Of a DNA stretch of 64,000 nucleotides, positions 19,874-30,298 are shown piece by piece (position 1 is the first letter of the stretch; every line of letters starts with the position of its first letter). This stretch comes from Sedimentisphaerales bacterium (GTDB taxonomy: Bacteria; Planctomycetota; Phycisphaerae; Sedimentisphaerales; SM23-30). The notes beneath the pieces are model-generated. The model ran no database searches and had not been told where the DNA came from. It was given only the letters and a program-made list of their open reading frames with translations. The stretch lies in assembly GCA_963663965.2 (NCBI GenBank), contig CAXXFK010000028.1:544001-608000 (forward strand), written 5' to 3'. Both the position numbers and the translations under genes were made by a program.

Positions 19874-20725
19874 ATGGGAATCAAAATTTACAAACCAACC
19901 AGCAACGGCCGTCGTAACGCCTCGGTAAACGATTATGCCGAGATTACCAAGACGACGCCGGAAAAGACGTTGGTAAAGCGCATTAAGAAGCATGGCGGCC
20001 GCAACCATAGCGGCATGACTACCGTCCGTTTCCGCGGCGGCGGCGCCCGCAAGATGTACCGTGTTGTTGATTTTAAACGGCGCAAAGACGGTGTCACTGC
20101 CAAAGTTGTCGGCATTGAATATGATCCCAACCGAACCTGCCATATTGCTTTGCTGGAATACACCGATGGCGAAAAACGCTATATCCTGGCGCCGGCAGGC
20201 CTGCAAGTGGGTGAAGTCCTGGAAAGCGGCGAGAAGGTTGAGCCTAAAGTCGGCAATTGCATGCCGTTAAAGGCCATACCCGCCGGTATGGAAGTTCATA
20301 ATATTGAAATGAATCCCGGCCAGGGTGGCCGGATGGTGCGTTCCGCAGGGGCCTCGGCCCGCCTGGCCGCCAAAGAAGGCGCCTGGGCGCATTTGATTTT
20401 ACCGAGTGGTGAAATGCGAATGGTGGCGTCCGATTGCCGCGCGACGATCGGTCAGATCGGCAATTCGGATCATCAGCATGTGAAAATCGGCAAGGCCGGC
20501 CGCAAGCGTCATATGGGACGTCGCCCACATGTTCGCGGCAAAGCCATGAACCCGGTAGCGCATCCGATGGGCGGTGGTGAAGGCCGGGCCAATGGCGGAA
20601 GACATCCTTGTTCTCCCACGGGAGTGCTGGCCAAGGGCGGCAAGACCCGGGCCAAGAAGAAGAATTCGAACAAACGCATTATTCGCAGAAGAAAGAGTAA
20701 ACATTACGGACAGTTAGTTCTGTAG
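19874..20725 (+). CDS. rplB: 50S ribosomal protein L2
   Basis: IEYDPNR and [21 protein letters not shown] motifs. Confidence 0.98.
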   Translation: MGIKIYKPTSNGRRNASVNDYAEITKTTPEKTLVKRIKKHGGRNHSGMTTVRFRGGGARKMYRVVDFKRRKDGVTAKVVGIEYDPNRTCHIALLEYTDGEKRYILAPAGLQVGEVLESGEKVEPKVGNCMPLKAIPAGMEVHNIEMNPGQGGRMVRSAGASARLAAKEGAWAHLILPSGEMRMVASDCRATIGQIGNSDHQHVKIGKAGRKRHMGRRPHVRGKAMNPVAHPMGGGEGRANGGRHPCSPTGVLAKGGKTRAKKKNSNKRIIRRRKSKHYGQLVL

Positions 20726-20743
20726 TTTCATAAGGATATACGC

Positions 20744-21010
20744 ATGAGCCGTTCAACGAAAAAAGGACCTTTTGTAGATGAGAACGTCTACACCAAGGTA
20801 ATGAAACAGGAAGAAGCCGGAAGAAAAGAACCGATAAAGACCTGGGCACGGCGTTGCACGATCGTTCCAGAATTTGTCGGCCACACCTTTATGGTGCACA
20901 ATGGCAAAATGTTTTTCAAAGTTTATGTGACAGAAGACATGGTAGGCCACAAGCTGGGCGAGTTCTCTCCGACTCGCGGATTTAAAGGACATAGCGGCGG
21001 CAAGAAATAG
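20744..21010 (+). CDS. rpsS: 30S ribosomal protein S19
   Basis: [10 protein letters not shown] and [13 protein letters not shown] motifs. Confidence 0.98.
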   Translation: MSRSTKKGPFVDENVYTKVMKQEEAGRKEPIKTWARRCTIVPEFVGHTFMVHNGKMFFKVYVTEDMVGHKLGEFSPTRGFKGHSGGKK

Positions 21011-21042
21011 CAATCATCTTATTGCAATGAACAGGTACAGGC

Positions 21043-21591
21043 ATGTTAAGTAACGAAAAATTAAATAGTAAATTACAAGACGCGAAGCTAAGTATGGAAG
21101 AGCTTGGCGAGCGTCTGAGCAACAGCCGGATCAAAGATCCCGTTTCTGCCGTTAAAAACTGGCAGCGTGGCTTGATGAAGCCATCGCCTCGGCAGGCCGA
21201 TATCGACCAGCTGGCCCAGGCGCTGGATTGTGAAAGCACCGATTTGATGTGCTGGAAAGCCTCGCACATGTATGCTCCGATCGCGCCGCGAAAATCGCGT
21301 CTGGTGGTTGATCTGGTTCGGAATTATCCTGTTCAGGAAGCCATGGATTTGTTGAAATTTGCTAACAAGCGCGCCGCGGTTTTTGTTGAGCAGGTTTTGC
21401 GAAGCGCCGTACAGAACGCGGTTGAGCAGAGTGAAGTCGATCCTGACCAGCTGTATATTTCAGAGGCACGGGTAGATGAAGGCGGCGTCCGCCGCGGCAC
21501 CCGCCGCTGGCGTCCGAAAGATCGCGGGCGCGCCGTTTCGTGGACCCGGCTAGCCAGCCATATCCATATAACCGTAGATCTCATACAATAG
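21043..21591 (+). CDS. rplV: 50S ribosomal protein L22 with an N-terminal XRE-like HTH extension
   Basis: L22 core from about residue 70 (APRKSRLVVDLVR, SAVQNA, VDEG, RGRA, SHIHITV); first ~68 aa show an XRE-like pattern. Confidence 0.93.
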   Translation: MLSNEKLNSKLQDAKLSMEELGERLSNSRIKDPVSAVKNWQRGLMKPSPRQADIDQLAQALDCESTDLMCWKASHMYAPIAPRKSRLVVDLVRNYPVQEAMDLLKFANKRAAVFVEQVLRSAVQNAVEQSEVDPDQLYISEARVDEGGVRRGTRRWRPKDRGRAVSWTRLASHIHITVDLIQ

Positions 21592-21621
21592 TGAAAGACA
21601 ACCCGATAATCAGGATAAATT

Positions 21622-22311
21622 ATGGGTCAGAAAGTATCGCCAATTGGATTTAGAACAGGTATCACCCTCGGCTGGAAAAGCCGCTGGTTCGCGCCCAAAG
21701 CAGCATATGGCACGTTCCTGGTGGAAGATCAGAAAATCCGCAAATACCTGGATAACCGTTTAAATCGAGTTCCGCCCTACGCGGCGCTTGCCAATGTTGA
21801 AATCGAGCGTACCCGTGATGAGGTTCGCGTGACGTTACATACCGCTCGTCCGGGTATCGTCATTGGTCCGAAGGGCCAGGAAATCGATAAACTTCGCGAA
21901 GAGCTGGAAGACCTGATCGATCGCAAGGTTACAGTTAATGTCACGGAGATAAAAACGCCGGAATTGAATGCCCAGCTGGTTGGCGAAGCGATCGCCGAAC
22001 AGTTAAAACGGCGCGCCGCCTTCCGTCGCGTGATGAAACAGAGTTGCGAATCCGCGATGGCCGCTGGCGCCAAGGGCGTTAAGATCATTTGTTCCGGCCG
22101 TCTGGGCGGCGCCGAACTGGCTCGCAGCGAAACCCAGATTCTGGGCTCTATTCCGTTGCAGACACTGGATGCGGATGTCGATTATGGACTTTCCATCGCC
22201 GTATGTACCTATGGCACCATAGGAATCAAGGTATGGATCTATCGCGGCATGTTTGGCGAGCAGATTGAAGTCAAGGAAACAGGTCGTAAAGGCGGCCGTT
22301 CAACTAACTAG
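21622..22311 (+). CDS. rpsC: 30S ribosomal protein S3
   Basis: MGQKVSPIGFR, RPGIVIG and SGRLGGAELAR motifs. Confidence 0.98.
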   Translation: MGQKVSPIGFRTGITLGWKSRWFAPKAAYGTFLVEDQKIRKYLDNRLNRVPPYAALANVEIERTRDEVRVTLHTARPGIVIGPKGQEIDKLREELEDLIDRKVTVNVTEIKTPELNAQLVGEAIAEQLKRRAAFRRVMKQSCESAMAAGAKGVKIICSGRLGGAELARSETQILGSIPLQTLDADVDYGLSIAVCTYGTIGIKVWIYRGMFGEQIEVKETGRKGGRSTN

Positions 22312-22328
22312 TGTAAAGGAAGTGTCTC

Positions 22329-22748
22329 ATGGCTTTGATGCCGAAACGAGTTAAATATCGCAAATATCAGCGCGGCAGAATAAAAGGCAACGCCGGCCGG
22401 GGCAATTATGTCGCATTTGGTGAATTTGGAATTCAGGCATTGGAACCGGCCAAGATTACTGCCCGGCAGATTGAGGCCGGCCGAGTGGCTTGCACACACT
22501 TTCTGCATCGTGAAGGTAAAGTCTTCATTCGGATATTCCCTCACCGCAGCATATCCGCCAAGCCTCTGGAAACCCGTATGGGTAAAGGCAAGGGCGAACC
22601 CGATCAATGGGTCGCTCATGTTAAACCGGGCGTGGTTATGTACGAAATTGGCGGCGTTCCAGAAGATATTGCCCGTCAGGCATTTATGCGAGTGGCTCAC
22701 AAGATGCCGGTCCGTTGTCGCTTTGTAAAACGACGCCATCTGGGCTAA
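22329..22748 (+). CDS. rplP: 50S ribosomal protein L16
   Basis: PKRVKYRK and ETRMGKGKG motifs. Confidence 0.98.
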   Translation: MALMPKRVKYRKYQRGRIKGNAGRGNYVAFGEFGIQALEPAKITARQIEAGRVACTHFLHREGKVFIRIFPHRSISAKPLETRMGKGKGEPDQWVAHVKPGVVMYEIGGVPEDIARQAFMRVAHKMPVRCRFVKRRHLG

Positions 22749-22767
22749 CCGAACAGCGAGAAAAATT

Positions 22768-22971
22768 ATGAAGATCACAGAAATCAGAGAACGAAATACC
22801 GAAGAGCTGAACGATCAGCTAGAAAATATGAAAAAGAAACTTTTCGATTTTCGTACCGAATCGGCGACCCAGAAGCTGGAAGATCCGACGCAGATAACGA
22901 AAACCCGCCGAGATATCGCCCGGATCAAGACCGTATTGCGTGAACGCGAAATAGCGGAAAGTAAAAAGTAA
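22768..22971 (+). CDS. rpmC: 50S ribosomal protein L29
   Basis: RRDIARIKTVLRE motif; operon order. Confidence 0.96.
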   Translation: MKITEIRERNTEELNDQLENMKKKLFDFRTESATQKLEDPTQITKTRRDIARIKTVLREREIAESKK

Positions 22972-22992
22972 TCCCGTAAACGGATAAGACTA

Positions 22993-23286
22993 ATGGCAGA
23001 GAATACTAGAAAATTACCGACGATGTTCCAGGGCCAGGTGACGAAGAAATCAGGCGACAAGACCATTCGCGTGGAAATGTCCTATCAGACCCGTCACCCG
23101 AAATATGGCAAATATATTAACCGACGGACAATTGCCCTGGTTCATGATGAGAACAACCAGTCGCATGTAGGCGATCGGGTTGAGATCTGTAAGTGCCGTC
23201 CATTAAGCAAGAAGAAATCCTGGAGACTGGTTCGAATCGTGCAACAGTCCGCAAGTAGTCAGGTGGAACAGGTAGAACAGGAATAA
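22993..23286 (+). CDS. rpsQ: 30S ribosomal protein S17
   Basis: HPKYGK, HDENN and RPLSKKKSW motifs. Confidence 0.97.
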   Translation: MAENTRKLPTMFQGQVTKKSGDKTIRVEMSYQTRHPKYGKYINRRTIALVHDENNQSHVGDRVEICKCRPLSKKKSWRLVRIVQQSASSQVEQVEQE

Positions 23287-23293
23287 CGAATCC

Positions 23294-23680
23294 ATGATAC
23301 AGCAAGAAACGATAATCGATATAGCGGACAATACCGGCGCCAAGACCGCGTTGTGTGTCAAGGTGCTGGGTGGAAGCACGGCCAAGGGCAAGTTTACCCG
23401 GCGTACCGCTTCGGTAGGCGATGTGATAAAAGTCGCGATCAAGAAATCGCTGCCGACGACCAGCCTGAACCGTAAAAAAGTATACCGTTGCGTGATCATT
23501 CGCAGCGCCTATCCCGTCCGTCGCAAAGACGGCAGTTATGTGCGTTTTGATCGCAACGCCGGTGTTCTGATCGACGACAACAACAACCCGCTGGGAACGC
23601 GTATTTTTGGCGCGGTTGCCCGTGAGTTACGCGATAAACAATTCATGAAAATAGTTTCATTGGCATCGGAGGTAGTCTGA
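23294..23680 (+). CDS. rplN: 50S ribosomal protein L14
   Basis: MIQQET..ADNTGAK and GTRIFGAVAREL motifs. Confidence 0.98.
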   Translation: MIQQETIIDIADNTGAKTALCVKVLGGSTAKGKFTRRTASVGDVIKVAIKKSLPTTSLNRKKVYRCVIIRSAYPVRRKDGSYVRFDRNAGVLIDDNNNPLGTRIFGAVARELRDKQFMKIVSLASEVV

Positions 23681-23997
23681 TGGCGAGTAGAATAAAAAAA
23701 GGCGATATGGTGGAAGTCATCTGCGGTGACGACAAAGGCAAGCGCAGAAAAGTCATCCGGGTCATACCGGAGCAGAACAAGGTGGTTGTCCAGGACGTGA
23801 ACACCGCGATGAAACACGTACGACCCTCCAAGAAAAATCCGCAAGGCGGACGTATCCAGATTGAGCGTCCCATTCATATCAGCAATGTGATGCCCATTAC
23901 CACCGGCAGCGGCGCAAAGGCGACCCGGATAAAGTATATCATAGACAATGGCAAAAAGGTCCGCATCGCAAAAGCAGACGGATCAAAACTCGACTAA
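23680..23997 (+). CDS. rplX: 50S ribosomal protein L24
   Basis: IKKGDMVEVICGDDKGK (KOW) and PIHISNV motifs. Confidence 0.97.
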   Translation: MASRIKKGDMVEVICGDDKGKRRKVIRVIPEQNKVVVQDVNTAMKHVRPSKKNPQGGRIQIERPIHISNVMPITTGSGAKATRIKYIIDNGKKVRIAKADGSKLD

Positions 23998-24019
23998 CTA
24001 AAGATAAGGGCGTTTAAAT

Positions 24020-24562
24020 ATGACGCGGCTTGAAGCATTATATAAATCAAAGATCGTCAAATCGATGCAGGATGAATTCAAGTATCGTAATCCGATGCAG
24101 GTTCCCAAGCTGGAAAAGATCGTGATCTCCATGGGAATCGGCGAGGCCTCGCGCGATAAAAAGTTGCTGGAAAGCGCAGTAAAAGAACTGACCATCATCG
24201 CCGGCCAGCAGCCGGTGGTCTGTCCGGCACGCAAAAGCGTATCGAACTTTAAATTGCGTGAAGGCATGGAGATTGGCACAAAAGTGACTTTGCGTCGTGC
24301 CAAAATGTTCGAATTTCTGGATCGTCTGATCAGTCTGGCCATTCCACGTGTTCGTGACTTCCGTGGATTGAATCCGAAAGGATTTGACGGGAGAGGCAAC
24401 TTTAACATGGGTCTGACCGAGCAGATGGTATTCCCGGAAATCAATCCCGACAGTATCACCCGTACCCAGGGTATGAATATAACGATGGTAACCACGGCCA
24501 AGACCGATGAAGAAGCATTCAAGATGCTGACATTATTCGGAATGCCGTTTCGTAAGAATTAA
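24020..24562 (+). CDS. rplE: 50S ribosomal protein L5
   Basis: VPKLEKIVISMG and PRVRDFRG motifs. Confidence 0.98.
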   Translation: MTRLEALYKSKIVKSMQDEFKYRNPMQVPKLEKIVISMGIGEASRDKKLLESAVKELTIIAGQQPVVCPARKSVSNFKLREGMEIGTKVTLRRAKMFEFLDRLISLAIPRVRDFRGLNPKGFDGRGNFNMGLTEQMVFPEINPDSITRTQGMNITMVTTAKTDEEAFKMLTLFGMPFRKN

Positions 24563-24587
24563 CCGAATCAATAACTAAGAGGAACGC

Positions 24588-24773
24588 ATGGCCAGTAAAG
24601 CGTGGATATTCAAAGCTGAACAGAAGCCGAAATATAAAGTAAGAGCCTACAGTCGTTGTCAGTTATGCGGCCGATCCCGGGCAGTCTATCGCAAGTTCAA
24701 AATTTGCCGTATCTGCTTCCGGACGCTGGCCAACGAAGGAAAGATTCCTGGCGTAAAGAAGACCAGCTGGTAA
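24588..24773 (+). CDS. rpsN: 30S ribosomal protein S14, zinc-binding type Z
   Basis: 61 aa with RCQLCGR...CRICFR. Confidence 0.97.
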   Translation: MASKAWIFKAEQKPKYKVRAYSRCQLCGRSRAVYRKFKICRICFRTLANEGKIPGVKKTSW

Positions 24774-24807
24774 CGAAATCAACAAAATTTTCTGGAGTAA
24801 GACCCCC

Positions 24808-25206
24808 ATGCATAGTGACCCGATCGCAGATATGCTGACAAGAATACGCAATGCGGTAAATGCCAACCAGCAAACCGTGATCGTCAAAGCCAGCCGTATA
24901 TGTGAAGGTATCGCCAAGGTGCTCAAAGAGCAGGGCTATATCGAGGATTATGATCGCATAGAAACCGCCTATAAGCAGGATAATCTTCGCATACAATTGA
25001 AGTACGGACCGCTTGGCGAGCGTATTTTTCGTGAGATCAAACGTCAGAGCAAGACATCCTGTCGTGTCTATAAATCCGTGAAGGATTTACCCCGGGTGAT
25101 GGGGGGGCTGGGTATATGCGTTGTCAGTACCCACCAGGGCGTGATGTCCGATACTGAATGCCGCGAGAAGAATGTTGGCGGCGAATTGATTTGTACCGTA
25201 TGTTAA
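24808..25206 (+). CDS. rpsH: 30S ribosomal protein S8
   Basis: DPIADMLTRIRNA and GGELIC motifs. Confidence 0.98.
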   Translation: MHSDPIADMLTRIRNAVNANQQTVIVKASRICEGIAKVLKEQGYIEDYDRIETAYKQDNLRIQLKYGPLGERIFREIKRQSKTSCRVYKSVKDLPRVMGGLGICVVSTHQGVMSDTECREKNVGGELICTVC

Positions 25207-25235
25207 ACCACTAAACTCAGTTTGGATAAAATTCG

Positions 25236-25808
25236 ATGAGCCGTATAGGAAAAAAACCTGTAAAAGTTCCGAGCAGTGTCAAGGTAGACTTGAGTGGCGG
25301 ACAGATAACCATCAGTGGTTCAAAGCACAGTTTGAAGCTGGCTTTGCATGAGACGGTGGAAGTCAGCTATGACAGCGCAGCCCATGAAATTGCGGTATCC
25401 CGCAAGAGTGATGAAACCCTGGCGAAAGCGATGCATGGCACCACGCGCGCCCATATTGCCAACATGATCAAAGGCGTGACCGAAGGTTATGTCAAAAGTT
25501 TAAAGATATTTGGCACCGGCTATGGCGTGAAAGAACAAGGCAAACAGCTTCATGTGACAGTGGGCTACGCCAAACCGGCTGTTTTGCCCATCCCCGAAGA
25601 CGTTGAAATCGAAATCAAAGTGCCCAACGCCAAAGGCAATGAAGTTCCGGCTGAATTTTTCGTCAAAAGTCCCGACAAACAAAAAGCAGGTCAATTTGCG
25701 GCGCAGATCCGTAAAGTCCGTCCGCCAGAGCCTTACAATGGCAAGGGTATACGGTATGGCAATGAAGTGATCAAGCGCAAAGAAGGCAAAGCATTTGGCA
25801 GCGCATAA
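25236..25808 (+). CDS. rplF: 50S ribosomal protein L6
   Basis: MSRIGKKPV and RPPEPYNGKGIRY motifs. Confidence 0.98.
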   Translation: MSRIGKKPVKVPSSVKVDLSGGQITISGSKHSLKLALHETVEVSYDSAAHEIAVSRKSDETLAKAMHGTTRAHIANMIKGVTEGYVKSLKIFGTGYGVKEQGKQLHVTVGYAKPAVLPIPEDVEIEIKVPNAKGNEVPAEFFVKSPDKQKAGQFAAQIRKVRPPEPYNGKGIRYGNEVIKRKEGKAFGSA

Positions 25809-25833
25809 TCAATAATACACGGATAAGTGAGAT

Positions 25834-26202
25834 ATGGACTCGAATAAATTTAAAGCACAAAAAAGACTGCGACGCAGATATCATGGTCGCAAGAAATGTT
25901 TTGGTGATCCACAGCGGCCGCGTTTGAACGTTTACCGTTCACTTCGTCACATGTATGCCCAGATCATCGATGATGAAAGCGGCAATACCCTGGTCGCCGC
26001 CAGTACCGGAGACAAGTCTCTGGAGGCCGAATGCAAAAATGGCGGCAATCGAACCGCCGCAGCGGCAGTCGGCAAATTACTGGCGCGCAAGGCACTGGAA
26101 GTGGGCATTCACCAGGTGAAGTTCGATCGTAATGGATTCAAATTTCACGGACGTGTCAAGGCGATGGCAGACGCGGCTCGTGAAGGTGGTTTAGTATTCT
26201 AA
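25834..26202 (+). CDS. rplR: 50S ribosomal protein L18
   Basis: RPRLNVYRS and [14 protein letters not shown] motifs. Confidence 0.97.
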   Translation: MDSNKFKAQKRLRRRYHGRKKCFGDPQRPRLNVYRSLRHMYAQIIDDESGNTLVAASTGDKSLEAECKNGGNRTAAAAVGKLLARKALEVGIHQVKFDRNGFKFHGRVKAMADAAREGGLVF

Positions 26203-26223
26203 TTGTAAGAATTGGAGAACAGC

Positions 26224-26727
26224 GTGGCTCAATTAGCTGCACGAAAAAATCAGAATGTTGACGATAAGTCTTACGAAGACCAGGTCATCAAAGTATTCCG
26301 CTGCTCGAAAGTAGTCAAAGGCGGCCGGAATTTCAGCTTTGCGGCATTGGTGGTTGTGGGCAATCGTTCGGGTGAAGTGGGATTTGGTTATGCCAAAGCC
26401 AACGAAGTGCCTCCGGCAGTTGAAAAGTCCATCAAGGAAGCGCGTAAGAATGTTTTTACCGTTAGCCTGGATGGCTCGACAATCCCGCATGAAGTCATCG
26501 GCCGTTTCGGCGCCACCCGGGTAAAACTCATTCCGGCCAGTCCTGGTACCGGTGTGATCGCCGGCGCGACCGCCCGTGTTCTATTGGAATTAGCGGGTGT
26601 GCATGATGTGCTGACCAAGATTTATGGCAGCACGAATCCTAAGAATGTGATTAAGGCGACCATTAACGCATTGAAGTCGCTTTATAACCGCGAGCAGATA
26701 GCCGAGCTACGCGGAGTAAAACTTTAA
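26224..26727 (+). CDS. rpsE: 30S ribosomal protein S5
   Basis: KVVKGGRNFSFAALVVVG motif; GGAG precedes GTG 26224. Confidence 0.96.
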   Translation: MAQLAARKNQNVDDKSYEDQVIKVFRCSKVVKGGRNFSFAALVVVGNRSGEVGFGYAKANEVPPAVEKSIKEARKNVFTVSLDGSTIPHEVIGRFGATRVKLIPASPGTGVIAGATARVLLELAGVHDVLTKIYGSTNPKNVIKATINALKSLYNREQIAELRGVKL

Positions 26728-26754
26728 CCTCGCACGACAAGGAAGACCACAGCC

Positions 26755-27204
26755 ATGATGAATCATGAGATTACATCTCTGGTTGGCAAACATAAATCCA
26801 GAAAACGGGTTGGCCGCGGCCGCGGAAGCGGGCTGGGCAAGACCTGCGGAAAAGGACACAAAGGCCAGAAAGCCCGCGCAGGAGGCATGCCTCCGATCAC
26901 ATCGGAAGGCGGCCAGATGCCGTTGTTCCGTCGATTACCCAAGCGCGGATTTAATAACGCCAATTTTGCTACCCGGTATTCGATCATCAACGTCTCACAG
27001 CTCGAACAGTTTGATGAAGGGACACGCGTGGACGCCGGCTTGTTAAGCGAAGCCGGTTTGATCCGCAGCGACAAGGGCTTAGTGAAAATACTGGGCGATG
27101 GCGAATTGAATCGCAAGTTGACGGTAGTCGCTCATAAATTCAGCCGAAGCGCCGAGCAGAAGATCACCAGCGCCGGCGGCACCATCGAATTGATTAACCC
27201 ATAA
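26755..27204 (+). CDS. rplO: 50S ribosomal protein L15
   Basis: RVGRGRGSGLGKT and EGGQMPLFRRLPKRGF motifs. Confidence 0.98.
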   Translation: MMNHEITSLVGKHKSRKRVGRGRGSGLGKTCGKGHKGQKARAGGMPPITSEGGQMPLFRRLPKRGFNNANFATRYSIINVSQLEQFDEGTRVDAGLLSEAGLIRSDKGLVKILGDGELNRKLTVVAHKFSRSAEQKITSAGGTIELINP

Positions 27205-27220
27205 AAACGGCAGAAATAAT

Positions 27221-28585
27221 ATGGCAAGTACACTGATAGACATCTGGAATGTGAAAGAACTGCGGAACAAGATTTTGTTCACGTTGGCTCTGTTGGTGAT
27301 TTACCGGGTCGGATTTCATATCCCGTTGCCAGGTGTGGACCAGGCAGCCATGCAGGAAATCGTCAGTAAAGGCAATTCGTCCACTCCGTTTGGGCGAGTG
27401 GCCGACTATTTGCAGATTTTTACCGGCGGCACCCTGCGTCAAAGCAGTTTGTTCGGATTGGGTATTATGCCCTATATTTCGGCATCCATTATTTTCCAAT
27501 TGCTAATGACGGTGGTGCCTGCTTTAGAGAAGCTGGGTAAAGAAGGCGCGGTGGGACGTAAAAAGATCCAGGAATATACCCGGTATGCCACGGTTGGATT
27601 ATGTATTATCCAGGCGTCTTTTATTGCCGGATGGCTGAGAAGCCAGCATTTCGTATTGCCGGATGTAATGCGTGAACACTGGATGATGTTCTGGACAATG
27701 GCAGTGGTGGGCATGACCGCCGGGACCATCTTTCTGATGTGGCTGGGCGAGCAGATTGACGAATATGGGATAGGAAACGGCGTGAGTCTGATTATCATGG
27801 CCGGTATCGTTTCGCGCTTCCCGTGGGCCATTAATTATTTAATCGAAAATGCCGATCTATCCGCGGATGCCGCGACCGGATCGATTACCATACCGAAAAT
27901 ACTGTTTTTAGTTGTGGCTTTTGTGGGTGTGATTGCCGGATCGATTCTGATCACCCAGGCGCAACGGCGTATCCCGATCCAACAGGCCAAGATGACCCGC
28001 GGCCGCCGAGTCTATGGCGGTCAGAAACAGTATCTGCCATTGCGTGTGAACCACGGCGGCGTTATTCCGATTATCTTTGCCGTGACGCTGATGCAGATTC
28101 CATCCCTGGTGTTTGATTTTCTGGCCGGGCAGTTTAACAGCGTGGTGCTGGCCCGGATCGCCTCGGCGTTCGCCCCGGATGCTTACGTTTATAATGTACT
28201 TTATATCGCGATGATCTATTTCTTTGCCTTTTTCTGGACGACCGTCCAGTTCCAGCCCAAGGAAGTGGCCAATAATCTGCGGGACAGCGGGGCATTCATT
28301 CCCGGATTGCGTCCTGGCAAACGAACGGCTGAATATCTGGAAAAAGTGATGAGCCGGATCACCTATGTAGGCGCTGCGTTCCTGTCTTTAATCGCGGTCG
28401 TTCCCACCGTGGTCATGGTCTTTATGAAGATCCCATTCCTGATTACGACATTCCTGGGAGGCACCGGTTTGCTGATTGTGGTTTCCGTGTCACTGGATCT
28501 GGTGAACCGGATCGAAACCAATCTGATTATGAGAAATTATTCCGGCTTCATGGAAGGCGGACGTATTAAAGGAGCGCGCACATGA
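27221..28585 (+). CDS. secY: Preprotein translocase subunit SecY
   Basis: LGIMPYISASII, WLGEQI..GIGNGVS, IPGLRPG and GGTGLLIVV motifs. Confidence 0.98.
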   Translation: MASTLIDIWNVKELRNKILFTLALLVIYRVGFHIPLPGVDQAAMQEIVSKGNSSTPFGRVADYLQIFTGGTLRQSSLFGLGIMPYISASIIFQLLMTVVPALEKLGKEGAVGRKKIQEYTRYATVGLCIIQASFIAGWLRSQHFVLPDVMREHWMMFWTMAVVGMTAGTIFLMWLGEQIDEYGIGNGVSLIIMAGIVSRFPWAINYLIENADLSADAATGSITIPKILFLVVAFVGVIAGSILITQAQRRIPIQQAKMTRGRRVYGGQKQYLPLRVNHGGVIPIIFAVTLMQIPSLVFDFLAGQFNSVVLARIASAFAPDAYVYNVLYIAMIYFFAFFWTTVQFQPKEVANNLRDSGAFIPGLRPGKRTAEYLEKVMSRITYVGAAFLSLIAVVPTVVMVFMKIPFLITTFLGGTGLLIVVSVSLDLVNRIETNLIMRNYSGFMEGGRIKGART

Positions 28586-29235
28586 TCGTTATTTTTCTTG
28601 GCCCTCCCGGAGCCGGCAAGGGGACCCAGTGCAGTAAGATTGTCGAGCGTTATGGTTTGAACCATTTGTCCAGCGGCGACATTTTACGGCGCGAGCGTAA
28701 AGAAGGCACCGAGCTGGGAAAAAAAGCGCAATCCTACATGGATTCCGGCCAGCTGGTTCCAGACGATCTGATTGTCGCCATGATGATGAAGGAAATCAAG
28801 GCCGCACCGGCAGACAAGGGTGTGATTCTGGATGGTTTTCCAAGGACCATCGGTCAGGCCCGCGAGCTGGATGCCGCCATGCAAAAAGCCGGACAGAAAG
28901 TCGATGTTGTTCTGAATTTGATTGTCGATGACGCCAAGTTAGAAGAACGTGTCACCGGCCGGCGCAGTTGCGGACAATGCGGCAGCGCCTACCATGTGAC
29001 CTTCAATCCACCCAAAGTCAAAGATCAATGTGATAATGGCTGTGGACTGTTGACCCAACGTACCGACGATACTTCAGACGTTGTGCGTAATCGCATTGAA
29101 ACCTATCATGCCCAAACGGCCCCGCTAGTTGAATATTATAGCGCCCAAGGCAATGTTAAAGATATTGATGGAAATATTGAGATTAATCAAGTAACCGAGA
29201 GTATTTATCGAGTACTGGATGCAGTGCGATCTTAG
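28582..29235 (+). CDS. adk: Adenylate kinase with zinc-type LID
   Basis: GPPGAGKGTQ, LDGFPRT and CxxC LID motifs. Confidence 0.97.
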   Translation: MIVIFLGPPGAGKGTQCSKIVERYGLNHLSSGDILRRERKEGTELGKKAQSYMDSGQLVPDDLIVAMMMKEIKAAPADKGVILDGFPRTIGQARELDAAMQKAGQKVDVVLNLIVDDAKLEERVTGRRSCGQCGSAYHVTFNPPKVKDQCDNGCGLLTQRTDDTSDVVRNRIETYHAQTAPLVEYYSAQGNVKDIDGNIEINQVTESIYRVLDAVRS

Positions 29236-29241
29236 TATATT

Positions 29242-30021
29242 ATGGCAATAGCGATACGAACACAGCGCGAGATAGAAATGATTCGCGCCGCGGGACGCAT
29301 CGTGGCGCTCGTTCTTAAACAATTGCAAAAAGAAGCTGTTCCTGGTGTGACCACCGCACAGCTGGCCCAGATTTCGGATGATATTATTGCCGAACATGGT
29401 GCGATCGCCTTATTCAAGGGCGTTCCCAATCCGATGGGAAAGATGGATTTTCCCGCGAGCATTTGTGCCAGTATTAATGAAGAAGTGGTTCATGGGATTC
29501 CAAGTGACCGGCAACTGATAGAAGGCGATATCATCAGTATTGACTGCGGCACCCGGTTAAAAGGATACTGTGGCGATTCGGCCCGTACCTTTACCGTGGG
29601 ACACGTTGACGATGAAAAGCAGCGTTTGCTGGACATTACCGATGGGATGCTGGCTATTGCCGTCCGGCAATCCGCGCCCGGTATTCTCTGGAGTGAGGTG
29701 GCCGCCGCCATGCAAAAGCATGCTGAAGACGCCGGATTTGGCGTTGTACGGGAGTATGTAGGGCATGGCATTGGACGAAAGATGCACGAAGATCCCAAGC
29801 TGCCCAATTTTGTCAGCCAGGATCTGATCAAACACGATATTTTACTGCGAAAAGGAATGGTGCTGGCAGTAGAACCGATGGTAAACGCCGGCACGCATCG
29901 TGTGAAAACATTAAACGATGGATGGACCGTCGTGACTACCGACAATAAACCATCCGCGCATTTTGAACATACCATTGCCATTACCGAAAATGGCGCCGAG
30001 ATATTGACTCTGGCCGATTAA
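29242..30021 (+). CDS. map: Type I methionine aminopeptidase
   Basis: SINEEVVHGIP, GHGIGRKMHE, EPM and SAHFEHT motifs. Confidence 0.97.
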   Translation: MAIAIRTQREIEMIRAAGRIVALVLKQLQKEAVPGVTTAQLAQISDDIIAEHGAIALFKGVPNPMGKMDFPASICASINEEVVHGIPSDRQLIEGDIISIDCGTRLKGYCGDSARTFTVGHVDDEKQRLLDITDGMLAIAVRQSAPGILWSEVAAAMQKHAEDAGFGVVREYVGHGIGRKMHEDPKLPNFVSQDLIKHDILLRKGMVLAVEPMVNAGTHRVKTLNDGWTVVTTDNKPSAHFEHTIAITENGAEILTLAD

Positions 30022-30060
30022 CCGGCCGGTGAGAGTGTGACAGTAAGAAAGAATTAGAAT

Positions 30061-30276
30061 ATGGCAAAGAACGATGCAATAAAAGTTGATGCGAAGGTAG
30101 TGGAAGCGCTGCCCAATGCCGTATTCAGAGTTGAATTGGAAAATGGACATATGATTCTGGCGCATGTATCCGGCAAAATGCGAATGCACTTTATCCGGAT
30201 TTTGCCAGGAGATACTGTGACTGTCGAATTAAGTCCTTATGACCTCACGCGAGGTCGTATCGTTCTACGCAAGTAG
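30061..30276 (+). CDS. infA: Translation initiation factor IF-1
   Basis: [13 protein letters not shown] and [13 protein letters not shown] motifs. Confidence 0.98.
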   Translation: MAKNDAIKVDAKVVEALPNAVFRVELENGHMILAHVSGKMRMHFIRILPGDTVTVELSPYDLTRGRIVLRK

Positions 30277-30298
30277 AAGATAATGAACAGGTGTTAAG

